Part shown: piece after piece, positions 9,162 to 18,875 of the stretch
How positions within the stretch are numbered: the stretch's first letter is position 1
Layout of the letters: each line of letters opens with the position of its first letter
NCBI GenBank assembly: GCA_944329365.1
Contig: CALVIC010000005.1
Span: forward strand, 1 to 59,848
Direction of reading: 5' to 3'
DNA length: 59,848 nucleotides
DNA from: an uncultured Bacilli bacterium
GTDB taxonomy: Bacteria; Bacillota_I; Bacilli_A; RF39; UBA660
Translations under genes and position numbers: made by a program
The notes under the pieces: generated by a model
What the model saw: only the letters and a program-made list of their open reading frames with translations
What the model was told of the DNA's origin: nothing
Databases searched by the model: none

Positions 9162-10090
9162 GCTTTTTCTGCTTCTGGATAATATTCCGCATTGAAATTG
9201 TGTTCCGTTGCATCTAAATCATGAAGCTCATCAGTTGTAATCAAGAAAAATTTATGTAAAAGTAAATCAACCCCGGTATCCGTGACCGGATCATCCCAAG
9301 TTAAATCCAAATGTAACCACTTTCCGTCGACATAAACTAAATTCCAACTGTGTCTAGTATTAGAAATTTTGTAATTTGGAATCTCTAATTTATCTAAAAA
9401 TAACTTCATCGCATCACTATACCCGCTGCACAAAGCAATCTTATCGAAAAGCGGACCAATTGCTTTATGGGAATTATTATCGATATCACTACCATTTTCA
9501 ATTGCTGTCGCTCTGTCTTGATCGTATTTACTGTTGTTGATTAAATAATCGTGGAAAAACTTGATCTTATCTCGGTCACTCATCTTATCGCCGAGATTTT
9601 CTGTAATTAACCTCTCGATTTCGTTGTCAACTTTAATAATTTCTTCATCGCTGTATAATTTTTGAATTTCCATATCTATCTTACCATAAGCCGCAATCGT
9701 AAAAGAAATCTTATCGTAGCTGTTAAAAGGAGAAACCATATTGTTGATAGTTGAAAGTAAAACCTGATCTCGACTTATCTCTTTAAAATCATTTACGCAA
9801 GTTTCATAATTCTGATCGCAGTAAAAAGTAAAATTATTAAGTCCGTTGTTTAATACAGTATATAAAATATCTAAAATTTCTTGTCTATTACTTGCCGTAA
9901 AATCATCAGTTTCCTTGACAAACCCGAACTCAAAATTATTTTTATAAGTTGGATTATTAGGTAGAACTATAGTTTCACCCTTATCCAGTGTTTTCGATAA
10001 ATTTTGAACAATTAAAACGCGGTTATCATATATTAAAAAAGCTAAAATTACAAGTAAAACTGTAATTAATAAGTTTCTCAAAGTTCGCAT
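9158..10090 (-). CDS. Membrane-anchored transglutaminase-like domain protein
   Basis: ALCSGYS, HSWN, HLDLTWDD (Cys-His-Asp triad). Confidence 0.85.
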   Translation of the reverse strand: MRTLRNLLITVLLVILAFLIYDNRVLIVQNLSKTLDKGETIVLPNNPTYKNNFEFGFVKETDDFTASNRQEILDILYTVLNNGLNNFTFYCDQNYETCVNDFKEISRDQVLLSTINNMVSPFNSYDKISFTIAAYGKIDMEIQKLYSDEEIIKVDNEIERLITENLGDKMSDRDKIKFFHDYLINNSKYDQDRATAIENGSDIDNNSHKAIGPLFDKIALCSGYSDAMKLFLDKLEIPNYKISNTRHSWNLVYVDGKWLHLDLTWDDPVTDTGVDLLLHKFFLITTDELHDLDATEHNFNAEYYPEAEKA

Positions 10091-10220
10091 AAATTCACCA
10101 CCTTTTAAAATTACTTTTATTATACATGATTATTAAAAAAATACAATATTTGAGATTGTGAAATAAATGTGATAAAAAAATGAAATAAATGTGATATACT
10201 ATAGTTGTAGGGAGGTAAGT

Positions 10221-10658
10221 ATGAAAAAAGGTTTATTAGCCCTCGGCCTTTTCGTTGGCGTGTTAGCTTTAACCGGATGTGGAACAGAAACTTTAAGTTG
10301 TACCATGACAAGTGAAGAGAGTGGTGCAAATATGACTCAAGAAATAAGTGCCACTTTTAATGGAAATAAAACAAAAACTGTTGAAGCTATAATGACAATG
10401 GAATTTCCTGAAAGCTATGCCGATTACATGGACACTTTGAAAGATTCATTAGACAAGCAAATGTCTGAATATGAAGAAAAATACGGTGTCGACTCTGACA
10501 TAACTGTTGACGGAACTACCATTAAATACACCATGAAAGCTGACACTGACAAGATGGACGACGAATCTAAAGAATTATTCGGTTTTGACACTGAAGCAGA
10601 TCAGTCAAAAGAAGCAGCTCAAAAAGATTTGGAAGCCGCAGGTTACACTTGTAAATAG
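10221..10658 (+). CDS. Lipoprotein (YehR/DUF1307-like)
   Basis: Lipobox LTGC, RBS GGAGGT, C-terminal LEAAGYTC. Confidence 0.75.
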   Translation: MKKGLLALGLFVGVLALTGCGTETLSCTMTSEESGANMTQEISATFNGNKTKTVEAIMTMEFPESYADYMDTLKDSLDKQMSEYEEKYGVDSDITVDGTTIKYTMKADTDKMDDESKELFGFDTEADQSKEAAQKDLEAAGYTCK

Positions 10659-10693
10659 GATGAAAATCCTATTTTTTTAACAAAAAAAGTAAA

Positions 10694-10963
10694 TTACTCA
10701 GTTACCATAGAATTTACTTTCTTAGTTAATCTTGATTTTTTACGAGCTGCTGTGTTTTTAGCGATAACTTTCGCACCAGCGGCCTTGTCAATTCTCTTAA
10801 TTGCTACAGCTAAATTTTCATTAGCTAAATCTTTATCTTTTCTAGCAATTGCTCTTTCGGTTTTTTTAATAGCTGTTTTAATGCTAGCTTCGTAATTGTT
10901 GTTACGCACTTCTTTTTTCTTATTTACAAGAATTCTCTTTTTCGCATTTTTTAAGTTGGCCAC
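10694..10963 (-). CDS. rpsT: 30S ribosomal protein S20
   Basis: ANLKNAKKR...NTAARKKSRL; GTG start after GGAGGTG; divergent from gpr. Confidence 0.95.
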   Translation of the reverse strand: MANLKNAKKRILVNKKKEVRNNNYEASIKTAIKKTERAIARKDKDLANENLAVAIKRIDKAAGAKVIAKNTAARKKSRLTKKVNSMVTE

Positions 10964-11076
10964 AATATTCACCTCCAAGCCATTCGTACAATCATTTTAA
11001 CAAAAAAAACTTAAAAATGCAAGAAAAATACAATAAAAAGTATCATTATGGGAAAAATAATATTTGAGGTGAAACT

Positions 11077-12099
11077 ATGAAACATCAAATAGATCTAAAA
11101 AAATTTAATCTACGTACCGATTTAGCCATTGAATTAACTGAAGAAGGAACTGTTGAAGAAGTCGGTAAAAACAAAATAACAACCATCAACTTAAATGAAA
11201 CATCCGCCAAAAAAATAAACAAAAAACCAGGTACCTATATTACTATTGAATTTGAAGACATTACAGATTATGACACAAGAAGAGAAATTATAACCATACT
11301 AACCAAAGAACTAAAAAAAGTTCTCGAAAAAACCAAAATAAAAAAAGAAGACTTTGGTTTAATCATTGGACTTGGTAACGAAAAATCGACACCCGATGCC
11401 CTTGGACCTTTAGTAATATCTAAAACAATCGTCACCAACCATCTGTATCTATATGGTGACCTAGACGATAACTACCGAAGAATATGTGCCTTATCACCAG
11501 GAGTCATGGGTGAAACCGGAATCGAGACAAGTGACCTTATCAAAAGTATTATTGATACCGTTAAACCAAACTTTGTTATCGTAATCGACGCTCTTGCCTC
11601 ATCCTCCCTAGAAAGAATAAATAAAACAGTTCAAATATCAACCTCTGGCATAAACCCAGGTAGTGGAGTAGGTAATAAAAGAAAAGAAATAAGTGAAGAT
11701 ACCTTAGGCATCCCAGTAATTGCTGTAGGTGTGCCAACTGTCGTCGATGCCGCATCTATTGTCAGTGACACGATTGGTTACATGTATAAACATTTTGCTT
11801 ATCAAAAAGAAAATATAAATAATCCCAAAAATAAGTTAATGGTAAACGTTAACTACTTAAATAAAGATAGTCAAATAAATAATCAAGATAAAGAAAATCT
11901 TTTTGGAATAGTTGGAACCCTAACCGAAAACCAGACAAAATCGTTAATCACTGAAGTATTAAACCCAACCGGCTATAATTTTATGGTGACTCCAAAAGAA
12001 GAAGATTTTGTTATTGAAAAATTATCTGATTTAATTAGTGAATCCCTAAATCATTCCCTTCACAATATTGAAAATAATGATTATAAAAAGGTGTTATAA
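11077..12099 (+). CDS. gpr: Spore germination protease GPR
   Basis: RTDLA, GLGN..TPDALGP, PGVMGETG, IDALA, PGSGVGN, GVPTVVDA. Confidence 0.95.
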   Translation: MKHQIDLKKFNLRTDLAIELTEEGTVEEVGKNKITTINLNETSAKKINKKPGTYITIEFEDITDYDTRREIITILTKELKKVLEKTKIKKEDFGLIIGLGNEKSTPDALGPLVISKTIVTNHLYLYGDLDDNYRRICALSPGVMGETGIETSDLIKSIIDTVKPNFVIVIDALASSSLERINKTVQISTSGINPGSGVGNKRKEISEDTLGIPVIAVGVPTVVDAASIVSDTIGYMYKHFAYQKENINNPKNKLMVNVNYLNKDSQINNQDKENLFGIVGTLTENQTKSLITEVLNPTGYNFMVTPKEEDFVIEKLSDLISESLNHSLHNIENNDYKKVL

Positions 12100-12362
12100 A
12101 TTATCCTTTTATTTATAAATAAAAGTGCTAAAAGTGATGTACTTAAATTGAAAAATATTTATATATTTGGTTATGACTTTGAAACTTTAGTATAATGTAA
12201 GTTTCAAGAGTACTGAACTTAGATTATCTGATGAAAATAATATATTAAGCTATGAAAAAAGTAAATTTCATATTTTTTTTCATATTTTGAAGAAAAAGTT
12301 TGAAATAAAAAAAGGAAACCCGAAGGTGACACACTATGATTATCTATGAAGGAGGTTAAAAT

Positions 12363-13232
12363 ATCAAAGTAAAAACATATTATAAACTTATTAATGACAA
12401 AATGTTTAAAGCCGTCCTTTGTATGCCTGGCAATGAACAAATACTAAAAGAATTCATAGAAAGAATTCTTAAAAGAAAATTTAAAACTTTTAAAATTATA
12501 TCCCCCGAACTTACTAAAAACAATATTTATGAAAAAGGAAAATATTTAGATGTTTTAATTAAAACAGATAATCTTTTCGTTAATATTGAAGTAAATAGTC
12601 ATAATTATAATGGCCTTAGTGAAAGAAACTTTAGTTATATTGCTCTAGTATATGCCAGTCACATAAAAGTAGGAGAGGAATATAATAATGATTTAGATTT
12701 TGTTCAAATAAATCTAACAGTAGGTTTAGGGACAAAGATGCCCGAGATAAGCATAAGCAAAGTTATAAATAAAGAAACATTAAGAATTAAAGTTAGAAAT
12801 TTAGAAATTTATGATGTAAATCTGGATAAAATAAATAGCAGGTGTTATAATGAAGGTGATGAATATAACTTTCTGAAAATGATGACGGCATCAAAAGAAG
12901 ATTTAGAGTTTTTAGCAGAGAAAGGAGATGGTTTTATGAAAAAAATAAAAGATGAAGTAAACAGAATAAATGATGAAAATTATTTTGCAAACTTTATATC
13001 AGTAGAAGAAGATGAGAGAAAAATCCGTAATACATATTATGCCAATGGTGTTGAAGAGGGTGAATCTCGTGGTGAAAGACTTGGTGAAAAACGTGGCGAG
13101 AAGCGTGGTAAAGAAAACGCTACTATGAAAATTGCTCAAAATCTTCTCAATTTTGGAATGCCAATTAATGATATTGTCAAAAACACAGGTCTATCTCAAA
13201 GTCAAATAAAAAATTTATCAAAAACTTTATAA
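12363..13232 (+). CDS. Rpn-family (PD-(D/E)XK nuclease/transposase-like) protein; start possibly ATC 12363, first ATG 12402
   Basis: NDKMFK, LDVL, NIEV, ERNFSY, C-terminal (GE.R)n repeats and IAQNLL..G..I..IVK.TGLS. Confidence 0.85.
   Translation: MKVKTYYKLINDKMFKAVLCMPGNEQILKEFIERILKRKFKTFKIISPELTKNNIYEKGKYLDVLIKTDNLFVNIEVNSHNYNGLSERNFSYIALVYASHIKVGEEYNNDLDFVQINLTVGLGTKMPEISISKVINKETLRIKVRNLEIYDVNLDKINSRCYNEGDEYNFLKMMTASKEDLEFLAEKGDGFMKKIKDEVNRINDENYFANFISVEEDERKIRNTYYANGVEEGESRGERLGEKRGEKRGKENATMKIAQNLLNFGMPINDIVKNTGLSQSQIKNLSKTL
12936..13232 (+). CDS. Putative internally initiated small Rpn C-terminal protein (98 aa)
   Basis: In-frame ATG 8 nt after AAAGGAG; internal TGtTATAAT at 12843-12851. 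Confidence 0.5.
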   Translation: MKKIKDEVNRINDENYFANFISVEEDERKIRNTYYANGVEEGESRGERLGEKRGEKRGKENATMKIAQNLLNFGMPINDIVKNTGLSQSQIKNLSKTL

Positions 13233-13404
13233 GTGAAAATGTCTTACAAGTTTACTAATGATAAATAATTTTACAGATGAAGTATTGAAACTAGTTATTT
13301 ATAAATGTTCACTCAAAGAAATCACATTTCATAAAATGACTAGTTTTTTCTACATTTTATTTGAATTAAAAGGCATATAATTAACCATAGAAATGGGGGA
13401 TTAT

Positions 13405-14358
13405 ATGGCAAAAATGAAGTTAGTAAAAAAAAGAAGATTTAAATATCGTTTATTATTTTATCTATTTTTAGTTTTTATAGGATATCAAATATCCTATAAC
13501 ATAATTATGAATTTTAAATTAGTTAGAAGTAACGAGGATTTTGTTAAAGTCCTAATATCTGATTCTAATTATCATTTGTTATACGAAAAGAAAGCTAGTA
13601 ATTTATTTTCCCAGATGTTTTCTAGCGTTTTAAACATCAATAAACCGTTATCTATCTTAGAAGCGAGTTTGCCATTTACTCAAAAAGAAGAAGTCATGAC
13701 TTATGTAAGTAATCCTAATTTCAGTGAAGTAAATAATCTCAAAGCCGACCCGACAGTCTATATTTATAATTCCCATCAATCCGAAGAATACCAAGGCGAA
13801 GCTTTAGAAAATTACAACATTAAACCAGGCGTCATGATGGCTTCTTATATCATGCAAGATAAACTTGCCGAAAACGACGTAAAAGCACTCGTTATGGAAG
13901 ATAACCTCGTTGACTATATGAACCTAAACAATATGAGTTACAACAAAAGTTATCAAGCAGCTAGAAATCTCATAACTGAAACGATTCAAAATACGCCAAC
14001 CTTAAAACTTATTATCGACCTTCATCGTGATGCCCTATCCAAAGATAAATCTACAACCATTATCAATAATAAATCATGCGCTAAAATTATTTTTGTCATT
14101 GGTAAAGAAAATTCAAACTATCAAAGTAATTTAGATATGACAAATAAAATAAACGATAAAATAAAAGCTAAATATCCTGAACTGACAAGAGGAGTTATTG
14201 GCAAAGAAGGAAGTGGCAATAATGGAATCTATAACCAAGATCTAAGCCCTAAAATGACCCTTCTTGAAATAGGTGGACAAGAAAACACTATCGATGAAGT
14301 TTTAAATACAATCGAACTAATTGCTCCGATAATAGGGGAGTACATAAATGAAAACTAA
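13405..14358 (+). CDS. spoIIP: Stage II sporulation protein P
   Basis: YIYNSHQSE, SYQAAR, IDLHRD, YNQDL, LEIGG; next to gpr. Confidence 0.93.
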   Translation: MAKMKLVKKRRFKYRLLFYLFLVFIGYQISYNIIMNFKLVRSNEDFVKVLISDSNYHLLYEKKASNLFSQMFSSVLNINKPLSILEASLPFTQKEEVMTYVSNPNFSEVNNLKADPTVYIYNSHQSEEYQGEALENYNIKPGVMMASYIMQDKLAENDVKALVMEDNLVDYMNLNNMSYNKSYQAARNLITETIQNTPTLKLIIDLHRDALSKDKSTTIINNKSCAKIIFVIGKENSNYQSNLDMTNKINDKIKAKYPELTRGVIGKEGSGNNGIYNQDLSPKMTLLEIGGQENTIDEVLNTIELIAPIIGEYINEN

Positions 14359-14677
14359 AACCTTAAACAAAATCTTTAAATATATTTTTATCTTTTTCTT
14401 TATCACCTTCTTGGCCCTTTACATCTCTCAAAGTACAGGTTACTTCGAGTTTCAAAACAAACAAAAAGCCACCCTTACCGAAAACCAAATAAAAAAATTC
14501 GAAGAAGATGTCAAAGAAGGAAAAAACATCGATATTGATAACTATGTAACTCCACCTAAAAATTACGACAACACTATTGCTAAAGCCGGTCTAAAAGTAT
14601 CCGAAACCGCCGAAAAATATGTTCAAAAAATCATCACTGGCAGCTTCAAACTTTTTTCTAAACTCCTAGGCGAATAA
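14348..14677 (+). CDS. Small membrane protein downstream of spoIIP
   Basis: N-terminal TM, overlaps the spoIIP end. Confidence 0.75.
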   Translation: MKTKTLNKIFKYIFIFFFITFLALYISQSTGYFEFQNKQKATLTENQIKKFEEDVKEGKNIDIDNYVTPPKNYDNTIAKAGLKVSETAEKYVQKIITGSFKLFSKLLGE

Positions 14678-14714
14678 CCAAAAATGTGGTATTATATTAG
14701 CTAGAGGTGAAAAT

Positions 14715-15629
14715 ATGGAAGACCTAGTAATTGGAAGTCATGTATCTTATAATAAAAAAGAAGGACTCGTCGGCTCAGTCAAAGAAGCCCTAAGCTACAA
14801 TGCTAATACATTTATGTTTTATACAGGTGCCCCTCAAAATACTGTAAGAGGCCCCATAGATGAAAACGTTGTGCGTGAAGCCAAAAAACTCATGAAAGAA
14901 AATAATATCGATATCAAAAACGTTGTAATTCATGCTCCCTATATCGTCAATCTTGCCAACGACAAAGAAGAAGAAAAATTTAATTTTGCCGTAAACTTTT
15001 TAAAAGGTGAAGTCGAAAGAGCTAAAAAATTAGGAATAAACCTTATCGTTCTTCATCCGGGAAGTCACGTTGGTCTAGGTAAAGAGCGAGGCCTTGATAA
15101 TATTATCAAAGGATTAAACCTCGTTTTAGATGAAAAAGATGGTCCAGTAATTTGCTTAGAAACCATGGCCGGCAAAGGAACCGAACTTGGAACAACTTTT
15201 GAAGACTTAAAATATATTATTGATGGCATCGAAAATCAAAATAGAATTATGGTTTGCATTGACACATGCCATATTCACGACGCGGGATACGATTTAAATA
15301 ACTTTGATGAAGTGTTAGAAAAATTCGATAAAATAATCGGCATAGATAAAATTGGATGCATGCACATAAATGATAGTAAAAACGAAATAAATGCTCATAA
15401 AGATCGTCACGATAATATAGGATTTGGTAAAATAGGCTTTGACAATTTAATGAAAATAATTTACCATAAAAAATTAAAAGGAATTCCTATGCTTTTAGAA
15501 ACCCCTTATGTAAGTATGGATGGTGGCAAAGATCGTACCTATCCACCATATAAATTTGAAATTGAAATGATCAGAAATCAAAAATATGACTCAAAACTTT
15601 TAACAGAAATTAGAAATTATTACAAATAA
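14715..15629 (+). CDS. nfo: Endonuclease IV
   Basis: IGSHVS, HAPYIVNLA, LHPGSH, LETMAGKG, DTCH, HINDSK, KDRH, LETP. Confidence 0.96.
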   Translation: MEDLVIGSHVSYNKKEGLVGSVKEALSYNANTFMFYTGAPQNTVRGPIDENVVREAKKLMKENNIDIKNVVIHAPYIVNLANDKEEEKFNFAVNFLKGEVERAKKLGINLIVLHPGSHVGLGKERGLDNIIKGLNLVLDEKDGPVICLETMAGKGTELGTTFEDLKYIIDGIENQNRIMVCIDTCHIHDAGYDLNNFDEVLEKFDKIIGIDKIGCMHINDSKNEINAHKDRHDNIGFGKIGFDNLMKIIYHKKLKGIPMLLETPYVSMDGGKDRTYPPYKFEIEMIRNQKYDSKLLTEIRNYYK

Positions 15630-15880
15630 GTCTTATATCTATCTTTATAAATCAAATATAAATTTTTCATTTTCGTAAATCGAAAATTGTCAAAATGACT
15701 CTCGATTATTTGCAATACTTCTGCATCATTTCCACTTAAAACATCATCTAAATGAGATTTTAATAACCCTTTTAAAAATAAAGCTTCCTCTTCACTAATC
15801 AAAATGTTGTTAGAAGATGCAAATTTTATAATATCATCACTCTTAATTTGATTAACATAACCCTCTATTATAAATCTCAT
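15620..15880 (-). CDS. Small protein (DUF2624/YqfT-like), possibly sporulation-expressed
   Basis: Convergent on nfo; ISEEEA motif; CATATAAT upstream. Confidence 0.55.
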   Translation of the reverse strand: MRFIIEGYVNQIKSDDIIKFASSNNILISEEEALFLKGLLKSHLDDVLSGNDAEVLQIIESHFDNFRFTKMKNLYLIYKDRYKTYL

Positions 15881-15932
15881 AAAAACCCCCTTAATAAAAT
15901 TATATGATTGTCCTGAAGTGAGGTGATAACAA

Positions 15933-18068
15933 ATGAAACTTATAGATAAAATTGTTTCTTTTTTTAAAAAAATTAAAACTAAACGTCAAAATTCTCTAAA
16001 AATAAGCAAAAGACAAAGCAAACTTAGCTATAACAATCTAAACACATATCGTAATTTTAAAGACGTTAAAGTTGAAATTGAAAAAAGATATAACATTTTA
16101 ACCTTTATTGTTATCTTAATCCTCTTTGTCCTGGTAATATTCCTATTCTTTATCCAAATAGTTGGAAAAGAAAAATACGAAGCCGAACTTGAAACCTTAA
16201 CTCAAACTACTGTCGACGGTGAAACTGCTCCGCGAGGCCGTATCTACGACCGCAACATGAACCTAATCGTCGATAATGTTCCAACCAAAGTAATATATTA
16301 TAAAAAACCAAGCAAAGTAACAACGAAAGAAGAAATGTCCGTTGCTTATAAACTTACTGGAATGATCGACATCGATTATTCATCATTATCAGATACTGAC
16401 CTTAGGGAATTCTGGATTAAAAACAACAAGAAAAAAGCTCGAGCTAAAATAACCGACGAAGAATGGAAACAACTTGACGAACGAAAACTCACTAATGACG
16501 ACATCTATAATCTCGAATTAGAAAGAATAACCCCCGAAGAATTAGCCCTCTATACTGAAGCCGATAAAAAAGCCGCATATATCTATAAACTTATGAATAC
16601 CGGCTATTCCTATGATGAAAAAATTCTAAAAGGAGAAAATGTATCGGATGAAGAATACGCCCTTATATCTGAAAATCTAACTGATTTAAAAGGCGTCGGA
16701 ACCAAACTTGACTGGGAAAGAACTTATCCATATGGCTCAGTCTTCAGAACAATTCTTGGAAACGTTTCTAATAGTAAATCTGGAATTCCAGCTGAACTTA
16801 AAGACGATTACTTAGAAAAAGGATATAGCTTAGACGATAGAGTAGGAACTAGTTACTTAGAATATCAATATGAAGATATCCTCAGAGGAAAAAAGAACAA
16901 ATATCAAGTTTTAAATGATGGATCATATAAACTTATTGAAGAAGGAAAAAGAGGTCAAGATATTGTTTTAACCATTGATATTGAACTTCAAAAAGCGGTT
17001 GAAGAAATGCTCACCGAAGAAGTTCTGCAAGCATCCAGCGAAGCCAATACTGAATATTATGATCATTCGTTTGTTATTGTAACAAACCCTAAAACCGGTG
17101 AAGTTTTAGCCATGGCTGGAAAACAAGTAAAAGAAGTTGATGGAAAAAAAGTTGTCGTCGATTATACTCCGGGCGCCTTAACCTCACCAGTTGTTATGGG
17201 ATCTGTTGTCAAAGGAGCTAGCCAAATAGTTGGATATAACACCGGTGCCCTAAAAATAGGTGAAGTTAGATATGATACATGTGTCAAGATAGCTGCCACT
17301 CCAGAAAAATGTTCATGGAAAAAACTTGGTAAACTAAACGATATAACCGCTTTAGCCTACTCATCAAATACTTATCAGTACTATACAGCAATAAACGTCG
17401 GTAAAGGAAAATATGAATACAATAAACCTCTTTCTATCGACACTGCCGCCTTTGATACCTATAGAACCACTTTTGCTGAATTTGGTTTAGGAGTCAAAAC
17501 AGGGATTGATTTGCCACTTGAAAGTACTGGTTATAAAGGAACAAGCAAGCAGCCCGGACATTTATTAGACTTCTCAATCGGTCAATATGATAACTATACC
17601 CCAGTTCAACTAGCGCAGTATATAGATACCATTGCCGATAACGGTAATCGTAAACAATTATATCTTTTAAAAGGGTTTTATGATAATGGAAAATTAACAA
17701 ATGAAACCGAACCGACAACCTTAAATACAGTTGACACTAAACCTGAATACTTAGAACGAGTAAAAGAAGGCTTTAAAGCAGTCTTGGAATATGGAACCGG
17801 AGCCGGTTATATTAACTTGTCATATAAACCAGCCGGTAAAACCGGAACCAGCCAAAGCTTCGTCGACACAAATGGAGATGGAGTAGTTGACAAAGAAACA
17901 ATTACGACGACATTTGCCGCTTATGCCCCATATGATGATCCTAAAGTTGCCTTTACAATTATTTCTCCAAATATCTCTGTCCCAGATGGAGCCACAAGCC
18001 ATCAATCTGCAATAAATAAACGACTTGCCCAAAGAGTTTCTCAAAAATACTTTGAAATTTACCAATAA
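15933..18068 (+). CDS. Class B penicillin-binding protein (PBP2a-like)
   Basis: TM, PRGRIYDRN, SVVK, SSN, KTGT. Confidence 0.93.
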   Translation: MKLIDKIVSFFKKIKTKRQNSLKISKRQSKLSYNNLNTYRNFKDVKVEIEKRYNILTFIVILILFVLVIFLFFIQIVGKEKYEAELETLTQTTVDGETAPRGRIYDRNMNLIVDNVPTKVIYYKKPSKVTTKEEMSVAYKLTGMIDIDYSSLSDTDLREFWIKNNKKKARAKITDEEWKQLDERKLTNDDIYNLELERITPEELALYTEADKKAAYIYKLMNTGYSYDEKILKGENVSDEEYALISENLTDLKGVGTKLDWERTYPYGSVFRTILGNVSNSKSGIPAELKDDYLEKGYSLDDRVGTSYLEYQYEDILRGKKNKYQVLNDGSYKLIEEGKRGQDIVLTIDIELQKAVEEMLTEEVLQASSEANTEYYDHSFVIVTNPKTGEVLAMAGKQVKEVDGKKVVVDYTPGALTSPVVMGSVVKGASQIVGYNTGALKIGEVRYDTCVKIAATPEKCSWKKLGKLNDITALAYSSNTYQYYTAINVGKGKYEYNKPLSIDTAAFDTYRTTFAEFGLGVKTGIDLPLESTGYKGTSKQPGHLLDFSIGQYDNYTPVQLAQYIDTIADNGNRKQLYLLKGFYDNGKLTNETEPTTLNTVDTKPEYLERVKEGFKAVLEYGTGAGYINLSYKPAGKTGTSQSFVDTNGDGVVDKETITTTFAAYAPYDDPKVAFTIISPNISVPDGATSHQSAINKRLAQRVSQKYFEIYQ

Positions 18069-18109
18069 TCTGATATAATACTAACAGAAATGCGAAAAGG
18101 AGGGATAAC

Positions 18110-18277
18110 ATGGCTAAAAAAGGAGAAGCAAGAGAAAATATAACTCTAGTTTGTAGCGACTGTAAAAGTGAAAACTATCGTACAGAAAAAAACAAAAGAA
18201 ATACAACAGAGCGTTTAAAATTAAGAAGACATTGTCCTAAATGTAATAAAACAACTGAACATGTAGAAAAGAAATAA
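18110..18277 (+). CDS. rpmG: 50S ribosomal protein L33 (zinc-binding form), missed by the ORF track
   Basis: MAKKGEARENITLVCSDC...ERLKLRRHCPKCNKTTEHVEKK; RBS AGGAGG. Confidence 0.95.
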   Translation: MAKKGEARENITLVCSDCKSENYRTEKNKRNTTERLKLRRHCPKCNKTTEHVEKK

Positions 18278-18289
18278 GGTGATTAAAAA

Positions 18290-18847
18290 ATGATAAATAT
18301 TAACGATATTAAAAATGGCATGACCGTTATCATCGATGGAAATATTTATTTAATCCAAGAATTTCTACACGTTAAGCCTGGAAAAGGTCCAGCCTTTGTT
18401 AGAATTAAGTTAAAAAACTTACGTACAGGCTCAACCATTGAAAAAACATTCAATACAAACATTAAGTTTGAAAAAGCTATCATTGATAAAGTGCCTATGC
18501 AATTTTTATACAGTACTGGCGATGCTTATAACTTTATGAATATGGAAACCTTCGAACAAATTGATCTAGATAAAAGTTCATTAGGTGATGACGCTAAATA
18601 TCTAAAAGAAGGTTTAGAAGTAGAAGTTACCTTCTATCAAGGTGAAGTTTTAGGAATTAACTTACCTGAAAAGATCGAGTATAATATTGCTCATACAGAA
18701 CCTGGTATTAAAGGTAACACCGCAACAAATGCGACAAAAGAAGCAACCCTTGAAAATGGGTTAACAATAAAAGTTCCATTATTTATAAATGAAAACGACC
18801 GTGTTATCGTTTCAACTAAAGAAGGTAAATACGATTCACGTGCCTAA
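18290..18847 (+). CDS. efp: Elongation factor P
   Basis: HVKPGKGPAFVR, VPLFI. Confidence 0.97.
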   Translation: MININDIKNGMTVIIDGNIYLIQEFLHVKPGKGPAFVRIKLKNLRTGSTIEKTFNTNIKFEKAIIDKVPMQFLYSTGDAYNFMNMETFEQIDLDKSSLGDDAKYLKEGLEVEVTFYQGEVLGINLPEKIEYNIAHTEPGIKGNTATNATKEATLENGLTIKVPLFINENDRVIVSTKEGKYDSRA

Positions 18848-18875
18848 AACTAAAGAATAAAAGAGGTGTAATAAT

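Noticed and set aside
12311-12345. GGAAACCCGAAGGTGACAC resembling a c-di-GMP-I riboswitch P2
   Set aside because: Stem is too short, and the GCAAA motifs and P3 are missing
13053-13112. 12-nt quasi-repeats (GExR) as a separate repeat element
   Set aside because: Normal coding feature of Rpn C-termini
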